64,000 nucleotides of DNA, from contig DATKMW010000063.1 in NCBI GenBank assembly GCA_035541675.1, positions 1,771 through 65,770 of the forward strand. Direction: 5' to 3'. The stretch comes from Anaeromyxobacter sp. Lineage in GTDB: Bacteria > Myxococcota > Myxococcia > Myxococcales > Anaeromyxobacteraceae. The notes under the pieces were generated by a model. That model made no database searches and was not told where the DNA came from. It was given only the letters and a program-made list of their open reading frames with translations. Position numbers and translations under genes: made by a program. This document shows positions 37,589 to 46,543 of the stretch, piece after piece (the first letter of the stretch is position 1; every line of letters begins with the position of its first letter).

Positions 37589-39379
37589 ATGACCCCCCGG
37601 CAGCTCACCCCGCGCCGCTCCCCCGCCCGCACCGTCCCGGGGCTCCTCCTCGCCACGGCGCGCCGGGCGCCGGACCGGATCTTCATCCGCTTCCTCGACC
37701 CGGAGCGGTCCGAGGCGCCGCCCCGAGAGATCACCTTCCACGGCTTCCTCAGCGGGGTGGCTCGCGCCGCGGCTGCGCTCGCCGGCGCAGGCCTCGGTCC
37801 CGGCAGCCGGCTGCTGCTCGCCGCCGACAACTCGCCGGAGTGGCAGATGCTGGCCCTCGGGGCGCAGGTGCTCCGCGCCGAGCCGGCGGCGGTCTTCGCC
37901 AGCCTGGGGGCCGGTGCGGCCCGCGAGGCGGCGCTGCGGGTCGGGCCCCGGGTGGTCTTCGCCTCCGGCGCGGCACAGTGGGAGAAGCTGGCCCCCGCCG
38001 GGGAGGCGCTGAAGGCCGCCGGGCTGTCCCTGGTCGTCACGCCCCAGCAGCTTCCGGTCGGGGCGCTGCCCTCGGGCGTGCGCGGCCTTTCCCTCGCGGA
38101 GGCCTGCGGCGAGGGGGCGAGGGCCCTCCCCCAGGCCGAGCTGGAGGCCCGGGCGACGGCGGTGGGCGAGGAGGACCCGTACCTTCTCCTCTTCACCTCC
38201 GGCACCACCGGCCGCCCCAAGGGCGTGCGGCTCCCGCAGCGCGCCATCGTCCACGCCATCGAGGGCGGGGAGGCGGCGACGGGGAGCGACGAGGCCGACC
38301 GCGGCCTGCACTTCCTGCCCTTCGCCCACGTGGCCGGCCACGACCAGTTCGTGCTGGCCCTGGCCGAGGGGCACGAGCTGGTGATGTTCGCCCGGCGCGA
38401 GGACCTGCCCCGTGCGCTCTCCCTGGGCCCGACCTACCTGTTCTCGGTGCCGCTGGTGTACGAGCGGGTCCGGCTGGAGGTGGAGGCGCGGCTGGCCCGG
38501 CTCCCCGGCCCGCTGCGGGCTGCGGCCCGCGGCCTGCTGGAGGGCGCCGTCCGGGCGCGGGTGGACGGCTCCCGTCGGGCGGGCGACCGGGCGCGGGCGG
38601 CGCTGGCCGGCGCGTTGCTGGGCCGGGCGGTCCGGCGGCGCCTGGGGGGCAGGGTGCGGGGCCTCTTCTCGGGCGGCGCTCCGGCCTCCCCGGCGCTGTT
38701 CCGCTTCTTCGAGGGGCTGGGCATCCCCTTCGTGGAGCTCTACGGGATGAGCGAGACGGCGGGACTGGTCTCCTCGAACGCCTTCGGCGGCCCGCGCCGG
38801 GCGGGGTGCGCCGGCCTCATCACCGCGGACCACGAGCTGCGCCTGGCCCCGGACGGCGAGCTGCTCCTGCGCGGTCCGCTGCTCTTCTCCGGCTACCTGG
38901 ACGAGGCCGACAACCGCGAGGCCTTCACCGCCGACGGCTTCTTCCGGACCGGCGACGTGGGGCGGGTCGACGAGGAGGGCCTGATCCGGGTGGAGGGAAG
39001 GAAGAAGGCGCTCCTCGTCCTCTCCACCGGGAAGAAGCTCTGCCCCGAGCCCATCGAGGTGGCCATCGCCGGGACGCCGCCATTCCAGGGGGCGGTGCTC
39101 CTGGGCGAGGGGCGGCCCTTCGTGTCGGCGGTGGTGTTCGTGGCGCGGGAGGAGGTCGACCGGCTGCGCGCCGGCGGGTTGGACCCGGCCGAGGCGCTCC
39201 TGCCCCGGGCCCGGGCGGCGCTGGGTGCGTTCAGCGAGTACGAGAAGCCCAAGCGGCTGGTGGTGCTCCGGGGCGGGCCGCAGGAACACCCCGATCTCCT
39301 CACCCCCACGCTCAAGCTGAGGCGCGAGGCGCTGCTGGAGTTCATCGGCTCGCGGCTGTCCGAGCTCTACGCGGCCTGA
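37589..39379 (+). CDS. AMP-dependent (long-chain acyl-CoA) synthetase
   Basis: FTSGTTGRPKG, LPFAH, YGMSE, TGDVG, GRKK, LTPTLKLRR. Confidence 0.88.
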   Translation: MTPRQLTPRRSPARTVPGLLLATARRAPDRIFIRFLDPERSEAPPREITFHGFLSGVARAAAALAGAGLGPGSRLLLAADNSPEWQMLALGAQVLRAEPAAVFASLGAGAAREAALRVGPRVVFASGAAQWEKLAPAGEALKAAGLSLVVTPQQLPVGALPSGVRGLSLAEACGEGARALPQAELEARATAVGEEDPYLLLFTSGTTGRPKGVRLPQRAIVHAIEGGEAATGSDEADRGLHFLPFAHVAGHDQFVLALAEGHELVMFARREDLPRALSLGPTYLFSVPLVYERVRLEVEARLARLPGPLRAAARGLLEGAVRARVDGSRRAGDRARAALAGALLGRAVRRRLGGRVRGLFSGGAPASPALFRFFEGLGIPFVELYGMSETAGLVSSNAFGGPRRAGCAGLITADHELRLAPDGELLLRGPLLFSGYLDEADNREAFTADGFFRTGDVGRVDEEGLIRVEGRKKALLVLSTGKKLCPEPIEVAIAGTPPFQGAVLLGEGRPFVSAVVFVAREEVDRLRAGGLDPAEALLPRARAALGAFSEYEKPKRLVVLRGGPQEHPDLLTPTLKLRREALLEFIGSRLSELYAA

Positions 39380-39384
39380 AGCCC

Positions 39385-40518
39385 TCAGGGGGCCGCGAGC
39401 TCCCCCGCCGTCCAGGCCATCCCGCCGCGCAGGTCGCGCACCACCAGCCACACCACGGTGGTCCCGGATGCAGGCTTCAGCGGGTTGGGCTGGTCGTAGG
39501 ACTGGGTGTGGGCGTTGTCCACGTCGCCCGCGGTCACGAACCAGGAGAAGGCCCAGTCCTCCTGGCGCGTGTCGAGGTAGTGGCCGTCGGTGTCGAAGCG
39601 CTGGTAGGTCTCGCGGAGCGAGTCGAAGGGGCCGGGGAGGATGGGGAGCAGGTCCTGCTTCCTGCCCGCCTGCGCTGCGACCGGCGCGCCGCCGGGGGCG
39701 GGGAGGGGGGTGCCGGCCAGGGTGATGCCGGAGACCTCCGGGTTGTGGTTGGGGGGCGAGGCGGCCGGCATGTCCGGGCCGCGGACGTGGATCCACTTGA
39801 GCGCCGCGAGGTGCGCCCGGGAGGGCCAAAGGTCCTGGAAGCTGGTCAGGACCGCGGAGAGCGCGCTGCAGGGGTCCGCCACCGCCGCGGCCGGCGCCAC
39901 CTCGGCCGGCGAGGCCTCGACGGCCAGGGCCACGTCCACCACGTCGGCGCCCAGCACCCGCTGGGTGTTGGCCGCCGGGAGGGCCGCCAGCGAGTAGTCG
40001 GCGGGGAGGGCGTAGCTCGGGGCGTGCAGCGTCACCCCGGAGAGCGGGTCGGCAGGGTCGAGCAGCACCGTGAGGGGCCCGCAGCCGGCGCGGCTGCAGG
40101 CCTCCAGGCCCGAGAAGGAGATGGCACCGCTCACGCCCAGGCCGGGATCGGAGCAGGCGGTGGCGGCGGAGACGAAGCCGATCAGATCGGAGGGCTGCGA
40201 GAGCTCGGAGATCTGGGTGCAGATCGAGCCGGCCACGTCGCCGGGCGCGGTCGTGCAGGCGAGGTGGAGCACCAGCCCGTGCACCTCGCCGTCGGCAGCG
40301 AAGGCCGGGTGGCCGAGCAGGGTGTGGACCTGCGTCGAGGCCGCCGGCCAGCTCGCCCCGCCGCCGTCGAGGGCGGCGCCGATCTCCGGCGGCTCGGCCT
40401 GGACGGCCAGGATGCGCAGGCCCTTCACCTTCTCGGGCCCCTCGAACTGCGAGGCGCAGCCGGCCGACAGCGCCAGGAGGGAAAGGCCGGCGAGGAGGGC
40501 AACGGGACGGTGGGTCAT
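39385..40518 (-). CDS. Lipoprotein of unknown function, last gene of the TonB operon
   Basis: Lipobox LSAGC; LRILAVQAEPPE; several Cys; directly downstream of the receptor. Confidence 0.75.
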   Translation of the reverse strand: MTHRPVALLAGLSLLALSAGCASQFEGPEKVKGLRILAVQAEPPEIGAALDGGGASWPAASTQVHTLLGHPAFAADGEVHGLVLHLACTTAPGDVAGSICTQISELSQPSDLIGFVSAATACSDPGLGVSGAISFSGLEACSRAGCGPLTVLLDPADPLSGVTLHAPSYALPADYSLAALPAANTQRVLGADVVDVALAVEASPAEVAPAAAVADPCSALSAVLTSFQDLWPSRAHLAALKWIHVRGPDMPAASPPNHNPEVSGITLAGTPLPAPGGAPVAAQAGRKQDLLPILPGPFDSLRETYQRFDTDGHYLDTRQEDWAFSWFVTAGDVDNAHTQSYDQPNPLKPASGTTVVWLVVRDLRGGMAWTAGELAAP

Positions 40519-40531
40519 GGTGGCGTCCTCG

Positions 40532-43129
40532 TCAGTACTCGGCGCGCACGCCGAAGCCGGGGAAGAACGGGATGCCGGTGACCCAGCCCCGCTTGGTGTA
40601 GTCGTAGTTGTAGGCGGGCGCCTCGACGTTCTTGCGGGCGGTGACGTTCTGCACCTCGATGTAGACCGACAGGATCCACAGCCGGTGGGTCCACTTCTTG
40701 TCCACCCGCAGGTCGAGCTGGAGGAAGTCGGGCATGCGGGCGTTGTACCGGCCGGTGGTGATGGGCTGGTAAGCGTCGGAGTCGGCGTCGTAGACCGCCC
40801 CCTGGATTCGCTCGTAGGGGTTGCCGGTGGTGTAGCGGAGCCGGAAGCCGCTGGAGAGGCCGGTCCACAGCTCGGGCAGCTCGAAGGTGCCCAGGGCCAC
40901 GAGGTTGTTCGGCTGGTCGTAGGCGCTCCCCTCCTGCTGGAGCCGGCCCCCGCTCACCGACTGGTCGCGCAGGCTGCGGGAGAGCGAGTAGGCGATCCAG
41001 CCGAAGAAGCGGCCGCCCGGGTCCCAGCGCAGCAGGAACTCGGCTCCGTACGCCTTGCCCGTGCCCGCCGAGACGAAGTGCAGCGGGACCTGCTGGCCGT
41101 CGCGGACCACCACCTCGGAGGTGGGCAGGGCCAGGTCGAAGAGCCGCTTGTAGTAGAGGTCGACATCGAGCGACAGCTGCGGCAGGAACCAGCGCTTGGC
41201 CCCCACCGAGTACTGCCACGACGCCTCGGGGCCGAGGCCCGGGTTCCCCCACTCTGTGGTCAGGTAGCCGAGGGGCGGGGCCTGGTGGTAGAGGCCCACC
41301 GCCGCCCGGACCTGGGTGGCCTCGTCCAGGGTGTACCCGGCGTTGAGGCGAACGTCGGCCCAGGAGAGCGCGGCCAGCGAGTGGTGGGCATCGGCCCGCA
41401 CGCCCGGCACGATCCTGAGCCCCTTCGCTGGCTCGAGGACGGCCTCGGCGAAGGCTCCGGCCTCGTAGCCGGAGATGGCCGTCCGGTAGCGGTTGGGGGA
41501 GACGAACACGCCGGTGCCGGAGGAGACCTGCCCCGGCACATCCAGCGACCCGGCGCTGACGCTCACCGCCGCCCGGGGATCCCACTGGCCGTCGGTGCCG
41601 GCCACCAGCTCCACCGCCGGGGAGAGGCGGTGGTGGACCGTGGCGCGGAAGGTGGTGCTCCAGAGGTCGTCGGTCTCGGTGTAGTAGTCGCCGAACTGGC
41701 CCACCACCTCCTGCCAGCCGCCGCCCAGCGCCAGGAACGTCCGGGTGTCGTCGGAGACGCGGTGATCCCAGCGCAGGTTGGCCTTGTAGAAGGTGTTGCT
41801 GTACTTGAGCTCGTCGAGGTTGGTGAGGCCGCCGGTGTCGACGTGGGTGAAGGCCAGCCGGTCGTCCGATCCGAAGAAGTCGAACCGGACCTTGTCGTCG
41901 GGGGAGGCGCGCCAGGCCACCTTGGCCTGCAGGTCGTAGTAGCGCGGGGCCACCGAGATGCCGGGCGCGTTCTTGCTGCGGCTGAGCTCCTGGCGAATGA
42001 TGAAGTCGGCGTAGGAGCGGCGGAAGGCGAAGGCCATGCCCACGTTCTCCGAGGCCGGCCCCTCCACCATGGCCGTGGCCTGGTAGGTGTTCACGTCGCC
42101 GACCAGGTGCAGCCGGTCCTTGGGGTCGCGGGTGACCAGGTTCACGCGGCCGCCGATGGCCCGGCCGCTGGTGGCCTCGAAGTTCCCCGGCTCGAACTGC
42201 ACCTCGTCGATGAGCTCGGAGGAGTAGATGCTGGTGAGGCCGCCGAAGTGGAAGACCGCCGGCACCGGCAGGTCGTCGACGTAGACCTGGGTGTCGCGCG
42301 GGTTGCCGCCGCGGACCACCAGCTGCCCGATGCCGAAGGGGGAGCGGGCCACGCCGGGCAGGTTCTGCACCACCTTGACCGTGTCCCCCGACACGCCGGC
42401 GATGCGCACGATCTCGGAGGTGGAGATGGCCTGCTGCTCGACCTCGCGCTGCTCGCGCTTGCCGGTGACCACCGTCTCGTTGGCCGAGGAGGTCCGGAGC
42501 AGCCAGTAGGTCACCTCGGTGCGCTTCCCCTCGGCCACCGCCTCGAGGGCCTCGAAGCTGGCGTGCGCGGCGTCGCTGACCACCACCTTCACCTCCCCCA
42601 CCGGTACCGAGAGCCGGAACCGCCCCTCGCGGTCGGTGTAGGCCGACTGGCCGCCCGCCTGCACCAGGGCCGCCACCACCGGCAGCCGCGTGCCCATCTC
42701 CAGCACCCGGCCGCCGAGGTTCAAGGGCGGCGGGGCCGCCTCGCCGGGAGCCGCCGCCGCGCCCGGAGCCGGGGTCGGGGTGAGGGTGAAGGAGAAGCGG
42801 TACTCGATGCGCACCGCCGAGGGCTTCCCATCGATCTCCGCCGGCGAGAAGCGGAGGCGCCAGGCGGCCTCGAGCGCCGCCTCGTCGAAGCCGTGGCCTG
42901 CCGGCCGGGTGACCTCCGCCGCGGTGACCTGGCCCTGCTCGGAGATCTCCAGCTCCAGCGTCACCTGGCCGGTGAGCCCCTGGGCCTTGGCCTCCGGCGG
43001 ATAGGCCGGCTCGGCCGGCTCGACCACCGCCGGCGCCCTGGTCAGGACGCCGGCCGGCTCCTCGGCGGCGGAGTGCCCGGGGAGCGCGCCCGCGCCGAGG
43101 AGCCCGAGCAGGACGAGCGAGGTGCGCAT
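40532..43129 (-). CDS. TonB-dependent receptor with N-terminal TonB-C domain (MxcH-like architecture); alternative GTG at 43138
   Basis: Signal peptide; P.YP.EA...G.V.L.L.I...G.V...FD.AALEAA...RFSPA (TonB-C); carboxypeptidase-regulatory-like domain; plug VQNLPGV...VRGG; barrel ending GVRAEY. Confidence 0.88.
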   Translation of the reverse strand: MRTSLVLLGLLGAGALPGHSAAEEPAGVLTRAPAVVEPAEPAYPPEAKAQGLTGQVTLELEISEQGQVTAAEVTRPAGHGFDEAALEAAWRLRFSPAEIDGKPSAVRIEYRFSFTLTPTPAPGAAAAPGEAAPPPLNLGGRVLEMGTRLPVVAALVQAGGQSAYTDREGRFRLSVPVGEVKVVVSDAAHASFEALEAVAEGKRTEVTYWLLRTSSANETVVTGKREQREVEQQAISTSEIVRIAGVSGDTVKVVQNLPGVARSPFGIGQLVVRGGNPRDTQVYVDDLPVPAVFHFGGLTSIYSSELIDEVQFEPGNFEATSGRAIGGRVNLVTRDPKDRLHLVGDVNTYQATAMVEGPASENVGMAFAFRRSYADFIIRQELSRSKNAPGISVAPRYYDLQAKVAWRASPDDKVRFDFFGSDDRLAFTHVDTGGLTNLDELKYSNTFYKANLRWDHRVSDDTRTFLALGGGWQEVVGQFGDYYTETDDLWSTTFRATVHHRLSPAVELVAGTDGQWDPRAAVSVSAGSLDVPGQVSSGTGVFVSPNRYRTAISGYEAGAFAEAVLEPAKGLRIVPGVRADAHHSLAALSWADVRLNAGYTLDEATQVRAAVGLYHQAPPLGYLTTEWGNPGLGPEASWQYSVGAKRWFLPQLSLDVDLYYKRLFDLALPTSEVVVRDGQQVPLHFVSAGTGKAYGAEFLLRWDPGGRFFGWIAYSLSRSLRDQSVSGGRLQQEGSAYDQPNNLVALGTFELPELWTGLSSGFRLRYTTGNPYERIQGAVYDADSDAYQPITTGRYNARMPDFLQLDLRVDKKWTHRLWILSVYIEVQNVTARKNVEAPAYNYDYTKRGWVTGIPFFPGFGVRAEY

Positions 43130-43134
43130 CACGT

Positions 43135-43923
43135 TCACTCCAGGACGAAGGTGTAGGTGTGCGGGAAGTCGGGGACCTCGACCGGCTCGCCGTCGAGCAG
43201 TCCGGGGGAGAAGCGGAAGCGCAGGGCCGCGGCCCGGGCGGCCTCGCCCAGGCCCCCGCCGGGATCGGACAGGACGCGCACCGAGACCACGCGTCCCTGC
43301 CGATCGATGTGGAGGAGCAGCTTCACCTGGCCTTGCAGGCCGGCGTGCCGGGCCACCTCCGGGTAGGGCGGGACCTCCGGCTGCTCCAGGAGCCTGGGCT
43401 GGGCGGAGAGCCGGACGCTCGGCTGGGGCGGCGGCGGGGCGGTGCCCTCGGCCGAGTACGGCTTCACCTCTCGCGGATCGGCGGCCGCCTCGGGGGCCTT
43501 GCCGTAGAGGGTGTTGCCCACCCCCACCGCGAAGCCGCCGCCGCTGGTGGTGGAGGAGAGGGAGATGCCGACCCGGGGGACCGCCCTGGCCGCGGGCTGC
43601 TCCTCGGGCGGGGGCTCGTTGGGCGGTGGCGGGGGAGGGGGGATCACCGCCCGCGGCGGGGGCGGAGGCAGCTGGGCCATGGCCACCCGGCGGGGCGCGG
43701 GCCTGGGCTCGGGAGGAGGAGGCGGCTCGATCCGGGGCGGCTCGGGCGGCGGCGGGGACGGCTCCACCGCCTCGAAGGCCACCTCCAGCGGCGCCGGCCG
43801 GGCCGGCGGCCGGGGCCCGAGCCGGGCCGCCAGGGCCAGGCCGGAGGCGTGCAGGGCGGCCGAGACGACCGCGGCGCCGGCCAGCCGGCCGGCCCATGAG
43901 CCGAGGCCGGCCCCTGCGCTCAC
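43135..43923 (-). CDS. tonB: Energy transducer TonB
   Basis: N-terminal TM with S...H; Pro-rich linker; C-terminal YPEVAR.AG.QG.V.L...ID..G.V domain. Confidence 0.83.
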   Translation of the reverse strand: MSAGAGLGSWAGRLAGAAVVSAALHASGLALAARLGPRPPARPAPLEVAFEAVEPSPPPPEPPRIEPPPPPEPRPAPRRVAMAQLPPPPPRAVIPPPPPPPNEPPPEEQPAARAVPRVGISLSSTTSGGGFAVGVGNTLYGKAPEAAADPREVKPYSAEGTAPPPPQPSVRLSAQPRLLEQPEVPPYPEVARHAGLQGQVKLLLHIDRQGRVVSVRVLSDPGGGLGEAARAAALRFRFSPGLLDGEPVEVPDFPHTYTFVLE

Positions 43924-44342
43924 CGCGGTGCCCCCGTCTGGTCGTGGGCGATCTGGATGGCGAACTTGGTGAGCCCCTCCGTCTTCACCAGGTCGATGAG
44001 CGAGACCACCTCGCCGTGGGCCACCGCCCGGTCGGCTCCGATGAGGGCCCGTGCGTCCGGGCTCTTGCGCACCGCGGCCCGGACCGCGGCCCGGGCCGCC
44101 TCCCGGGTAACCGGCTGGCCGTCGAGGTAGAGCGCGCCGGCCTTGTCGATGGCGAAGGTGAGGGTGGGCCCCACCGTCTCGCCCCCGGAGGCGGCGCGGG
44201 GCAGGTCCACCTCGATGGCCTCCTTCACGATGTAGGAGGCGGTGACCATGAAGATGATGAGCAGCACCAGGGTGATGTCGACCAGCGGGGTGACGTTGAT
44301 CCCGGTGATGGCTTCGTCGTCGCCGCCCTGCGGGGAGGCCAT
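43920..44342 (-). CDS. exbD: Biopolymer transporter ExbD/TolR
   Basis: INVTPLVDITLVLLIIFMV, VDLPRA, AD..V.HG.VV.LID. Confidence 0.9.
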   Translation of the reverse strand: MASPQGGDDEAITGINVTPLVDITLVLLIIFMVTASYIVKEAIEVDLPRAASGGETVGPTLTFAIDKAGALYLDGQPVTREAARAAVRAAVRKSPDARALIGADRAVAHGEVVSLIDLVKTEGLTKFAIQIAHDQTGAPR

Positions 44343-44358
44343 CTCGATCCCTCCCGCG

Positions 44359-45045
44359 CTAGGCCGCGCCCGGTCGGGCGCGAACACCCGGTTCCGGTCG
44401 CGCCACCCCGGCCAGCGCCGTCGCCCGGACGTCGTCGCGCGAGAGGTGCGATGCCAAGGCGTGGCCGATGGCCTCGCCGCGGGTGGTGAGGGTCCGGAGC
44501 CGCCGCATGTAGGCGTTGAAGCCCACCACCGCCGGGATGGCCACGAAGATGCCGACGGCGGTGGCCACCAACGCCTCGGAGATGCCGGCCATCACCGTCG
44601 AGGCCGCGGCGCCCCTGGGCCCGCCCACCGCCAGGTCGGAGAAGGCGCGGATGATCCCGACCACGGTGCCGAAGAGGCCGAGGAAGGGGGCGTTGTTGCC
44701 GAGGGTGCCCAGGAAGGAGAGCCCGCGCTCGTAGGCCGGCCGCGCCCCGGCGACGGCGCAGGCCACCGCCTCCTGCACCGCGGTGGGGCCGCCCTCCGCG
44801 GCCCCCAGCGCCGCCCGGGCCACCTCCGCCTCGAGCCCCTTGCGGTCCCCGACCCGGGCCCGCGCCTCCTCCAGCCGCCCCTCCTTGAGCAGGTCCAACA
44901 GGCCGTGGATCTCCGTCCCGCGACGCAGGAAGTAGAGCCCGCGCTCGAGGATCACGGCGATGGAGGCGACCGACAGGGCGGCGAGGAGATCCATCACCCA
45001 CTCGGCGCCGGCGCGGGTGAAGAGGTGGAAGATGGCCTGTGTCAT
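44359..45045 (-). CDS. exbB: MotA/TolQ/ExbB proton channel
   Basis: LGTLGNNAPFLGLFGTVVGII.AF, GISEALVATAVG.FVAIPA. Confidence 0.88.
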   Translation of the reverse strand: MTQAIFHLFTRAGAEWVMDLLAALSVASIAVILERGLYFLRRGTEIHGLLDLLKEGRLEEARARVGDRKGLEAEVARAALGAAEGGPTAVQEAVACAVAGARPAYERGLSFLGTLGNNAPFLGLFGTVVGIIRAFSDLAVGGPRGAAASTVMAGISEALVATAVGIFVAIPAVVGFNAYMRRLRTLTTRGEAIGHALASHLSRDDVRATALAGVARPEPGVRARPGAA

Positions 45046-45216
45046 GGGTGCCTTTTCCCCCGGGCCCGGGCGGGCGCTCCTCTGCGCCTGCAGGGGAGGA
45101 ACAACGCCGCGGCGGGCGAACGCCGAGGAAGAGCGCGAGCGAGCGGATCCCGCTCGGGCCCGCGAGAGAATCCGCTGTGGCTACGGACCGTTGACGTCGG
45201 GTCTCCGAGGGGCGCG

Positions 45217-46467
45217 TCATCTTGTCGCAGACGCGCGATCGATGGCGTCGAGCCGCTCGATGAGCGTGGGGTGCCCATGGTGCCAGGCACTGTACCAGGG
45301 GTGCGGATGGAGGTTGCCGAGGTTCTCGCCGTCGAGCCGAAGCAGTGCGCTCTTCAGCGCCTCCGGCGCCCGGGCGAGCTGCACCGCGAACCGGTCGGCC
45401 TCGTACTCCTGGCGGCGGGAAAGGGCTGCGGCCACGGGGGACAGCCAGAACACGAAGGAGCCTCCGCCCAGGGCGAGGAGCGCCACCGCCGCGTGCAGCG
45501 AGGGCGCCCGGAAGCCGAAGGCGGAGTAGAGCGGTGGCCAGGGGACGAGACGGGACAGCGCCAGGAGCACCAGGAACAGCCCCGCCGCGGAGAGGGCCAG
45601 CATCCGGTGGACGTGCCGCCGCCGGAAGTGGCCGATCTCGTGGGCCAGCACGCTCGCCGCCTCGTCGACGGTCATGCGGGCCACCAGGGTGTCGAACAGG
45701 ACGATGCGCGGGCGGAACAGCCCGGTGAAGTAGGCGTTGGAGTGGCCGGAGCGGCGCGAGGCGTCCATGACGTGGAGCCCGCGATTCCTGAAGCCGGCCT
45801 CCTCGGCGAGACCGGCCAGGCGATCCTTCAGCGCGCCCTCGGGCAGGGGCTCGAAGCGGTTGAAGAGGGGCGCGATCAGCACCGGGTAGGCCCAGGTGAG
45901 GAGCACCTGGACGAGGAGCAGGAAGGCGAACAGCCACAGCCACCAGAGCGCGCCGGTGAAGCGCATGAACCCATAGGCGGCGTACAGGAGCGGGATCCCC
46001 AGGACCGCCTGGAGGAGGAGCCCCTTCAGCCGGTCGAGCGCCCAGAGCCGCGGCGTGGTGCGGTTGAAGCCGAAGCGGGCCTCGAGCACGAAGGTGCCGT
46101 ACAGGGCGAGGGGCACCCCAGCCACCTCGCCGGCCAGCGCCAGCGCCGCCAGGTAGGCGGCGAAGAGATGGGCCCCGGTGAGCCCGGCGGCGGCGAGGCT
46201 CCGGTCGAGCCAGGGCAGGACGCCGGAGAGGAGCAGAACCAGCGTCGCCACCGCCGAGGCGAGCAGCGAGACGAGCGCGAAGCGGCCGCGGGCCAGGGCG
46301 TAGGCGCGGCTCCGGTCGGCGGTCTCGGGGCCGACGTGCCCGGCCAGCGCGAGCGGCACGCCACGCGCCCGGTGCGCCTGGCGCAGGTTGAGGACGAGGA
46401 GGCCGGCCTCGATCGAGTGCTCCAGGGCGAAGAAGGCGAGGAAGACGGGGACGACCGCGGATGCCAT
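45217..46467 (-). CDS. M48 family (Ste24-like) membrane metalloprotease
   Basis: MDASRRSGHSNAYFTG, LAHEIGH, QEYEAD, HPTLIERL. Confidence 0.92.
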   Translation of the reverse strand: MASAVVPVFLAFFALEHSIEAGLLVLNLRQAHRARGVPLALAGHVGPETADRSRAYALARGRFALVSLLASAVATLVLLLSGVLPWLDRSLAAAGLTGAHLFAAYLAALALAGEVAGVPLALYGTFVLEARFGFNRTTPRLWALDRLKGLLLQAVLGIPLLYAAYGFMRFTGALWWLWLFAFLLLVQVLLTWAYPVLIAPLFNRFEPLPEGALKDRLAGLAEEAGFRNRGLHVMDASRRSGHSNAYFTGLFRPRIVLFDTLVARMTVDEAASVLAHEIGHFRRRHVHRMLALSAAGLFLVLLALSRLVPWPPLYSAFGFRAPSLHAAVALLALGGGSFVFWLSPVAAALSRRQEYEADRFAVQLARAPEALKSALLRLDGENLGNLHPHPWYSAWHHGHPTLIERLDAIDRASATR

Positions 46468-46474
46468 GGCTGGT

Positions 46475-46537
46475 CTTCTACCGCGGGCCCGGGGAGGGCG
46501 CAGCCGGGAGGTGGCCGGGCCGGATCGCGGGTAAGCT
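46475..46537. promoter_or_regulatory. Back-to-back -10 elements for two leaderless divergent genes
   Basis: TAGAAG on - is 7 nt before ATG 46467; TAAGCT on + is 6 nt before GTG 46544. Confidence 0.45.
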
Positions 46538-46543
46538 GGGGGC

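Noticed and set aside
45046-45216. Cobalamin riboswitch or Fur box upstream of the TonB operon; TGACG-N18-CGTCA inverted repeat at 45192-45219
   Set aside because: No GGGAA/B12-box cores on the sense strand and no AT-rich Fur box. The short inverted repeat overlaps a stop codon and is likely chance.
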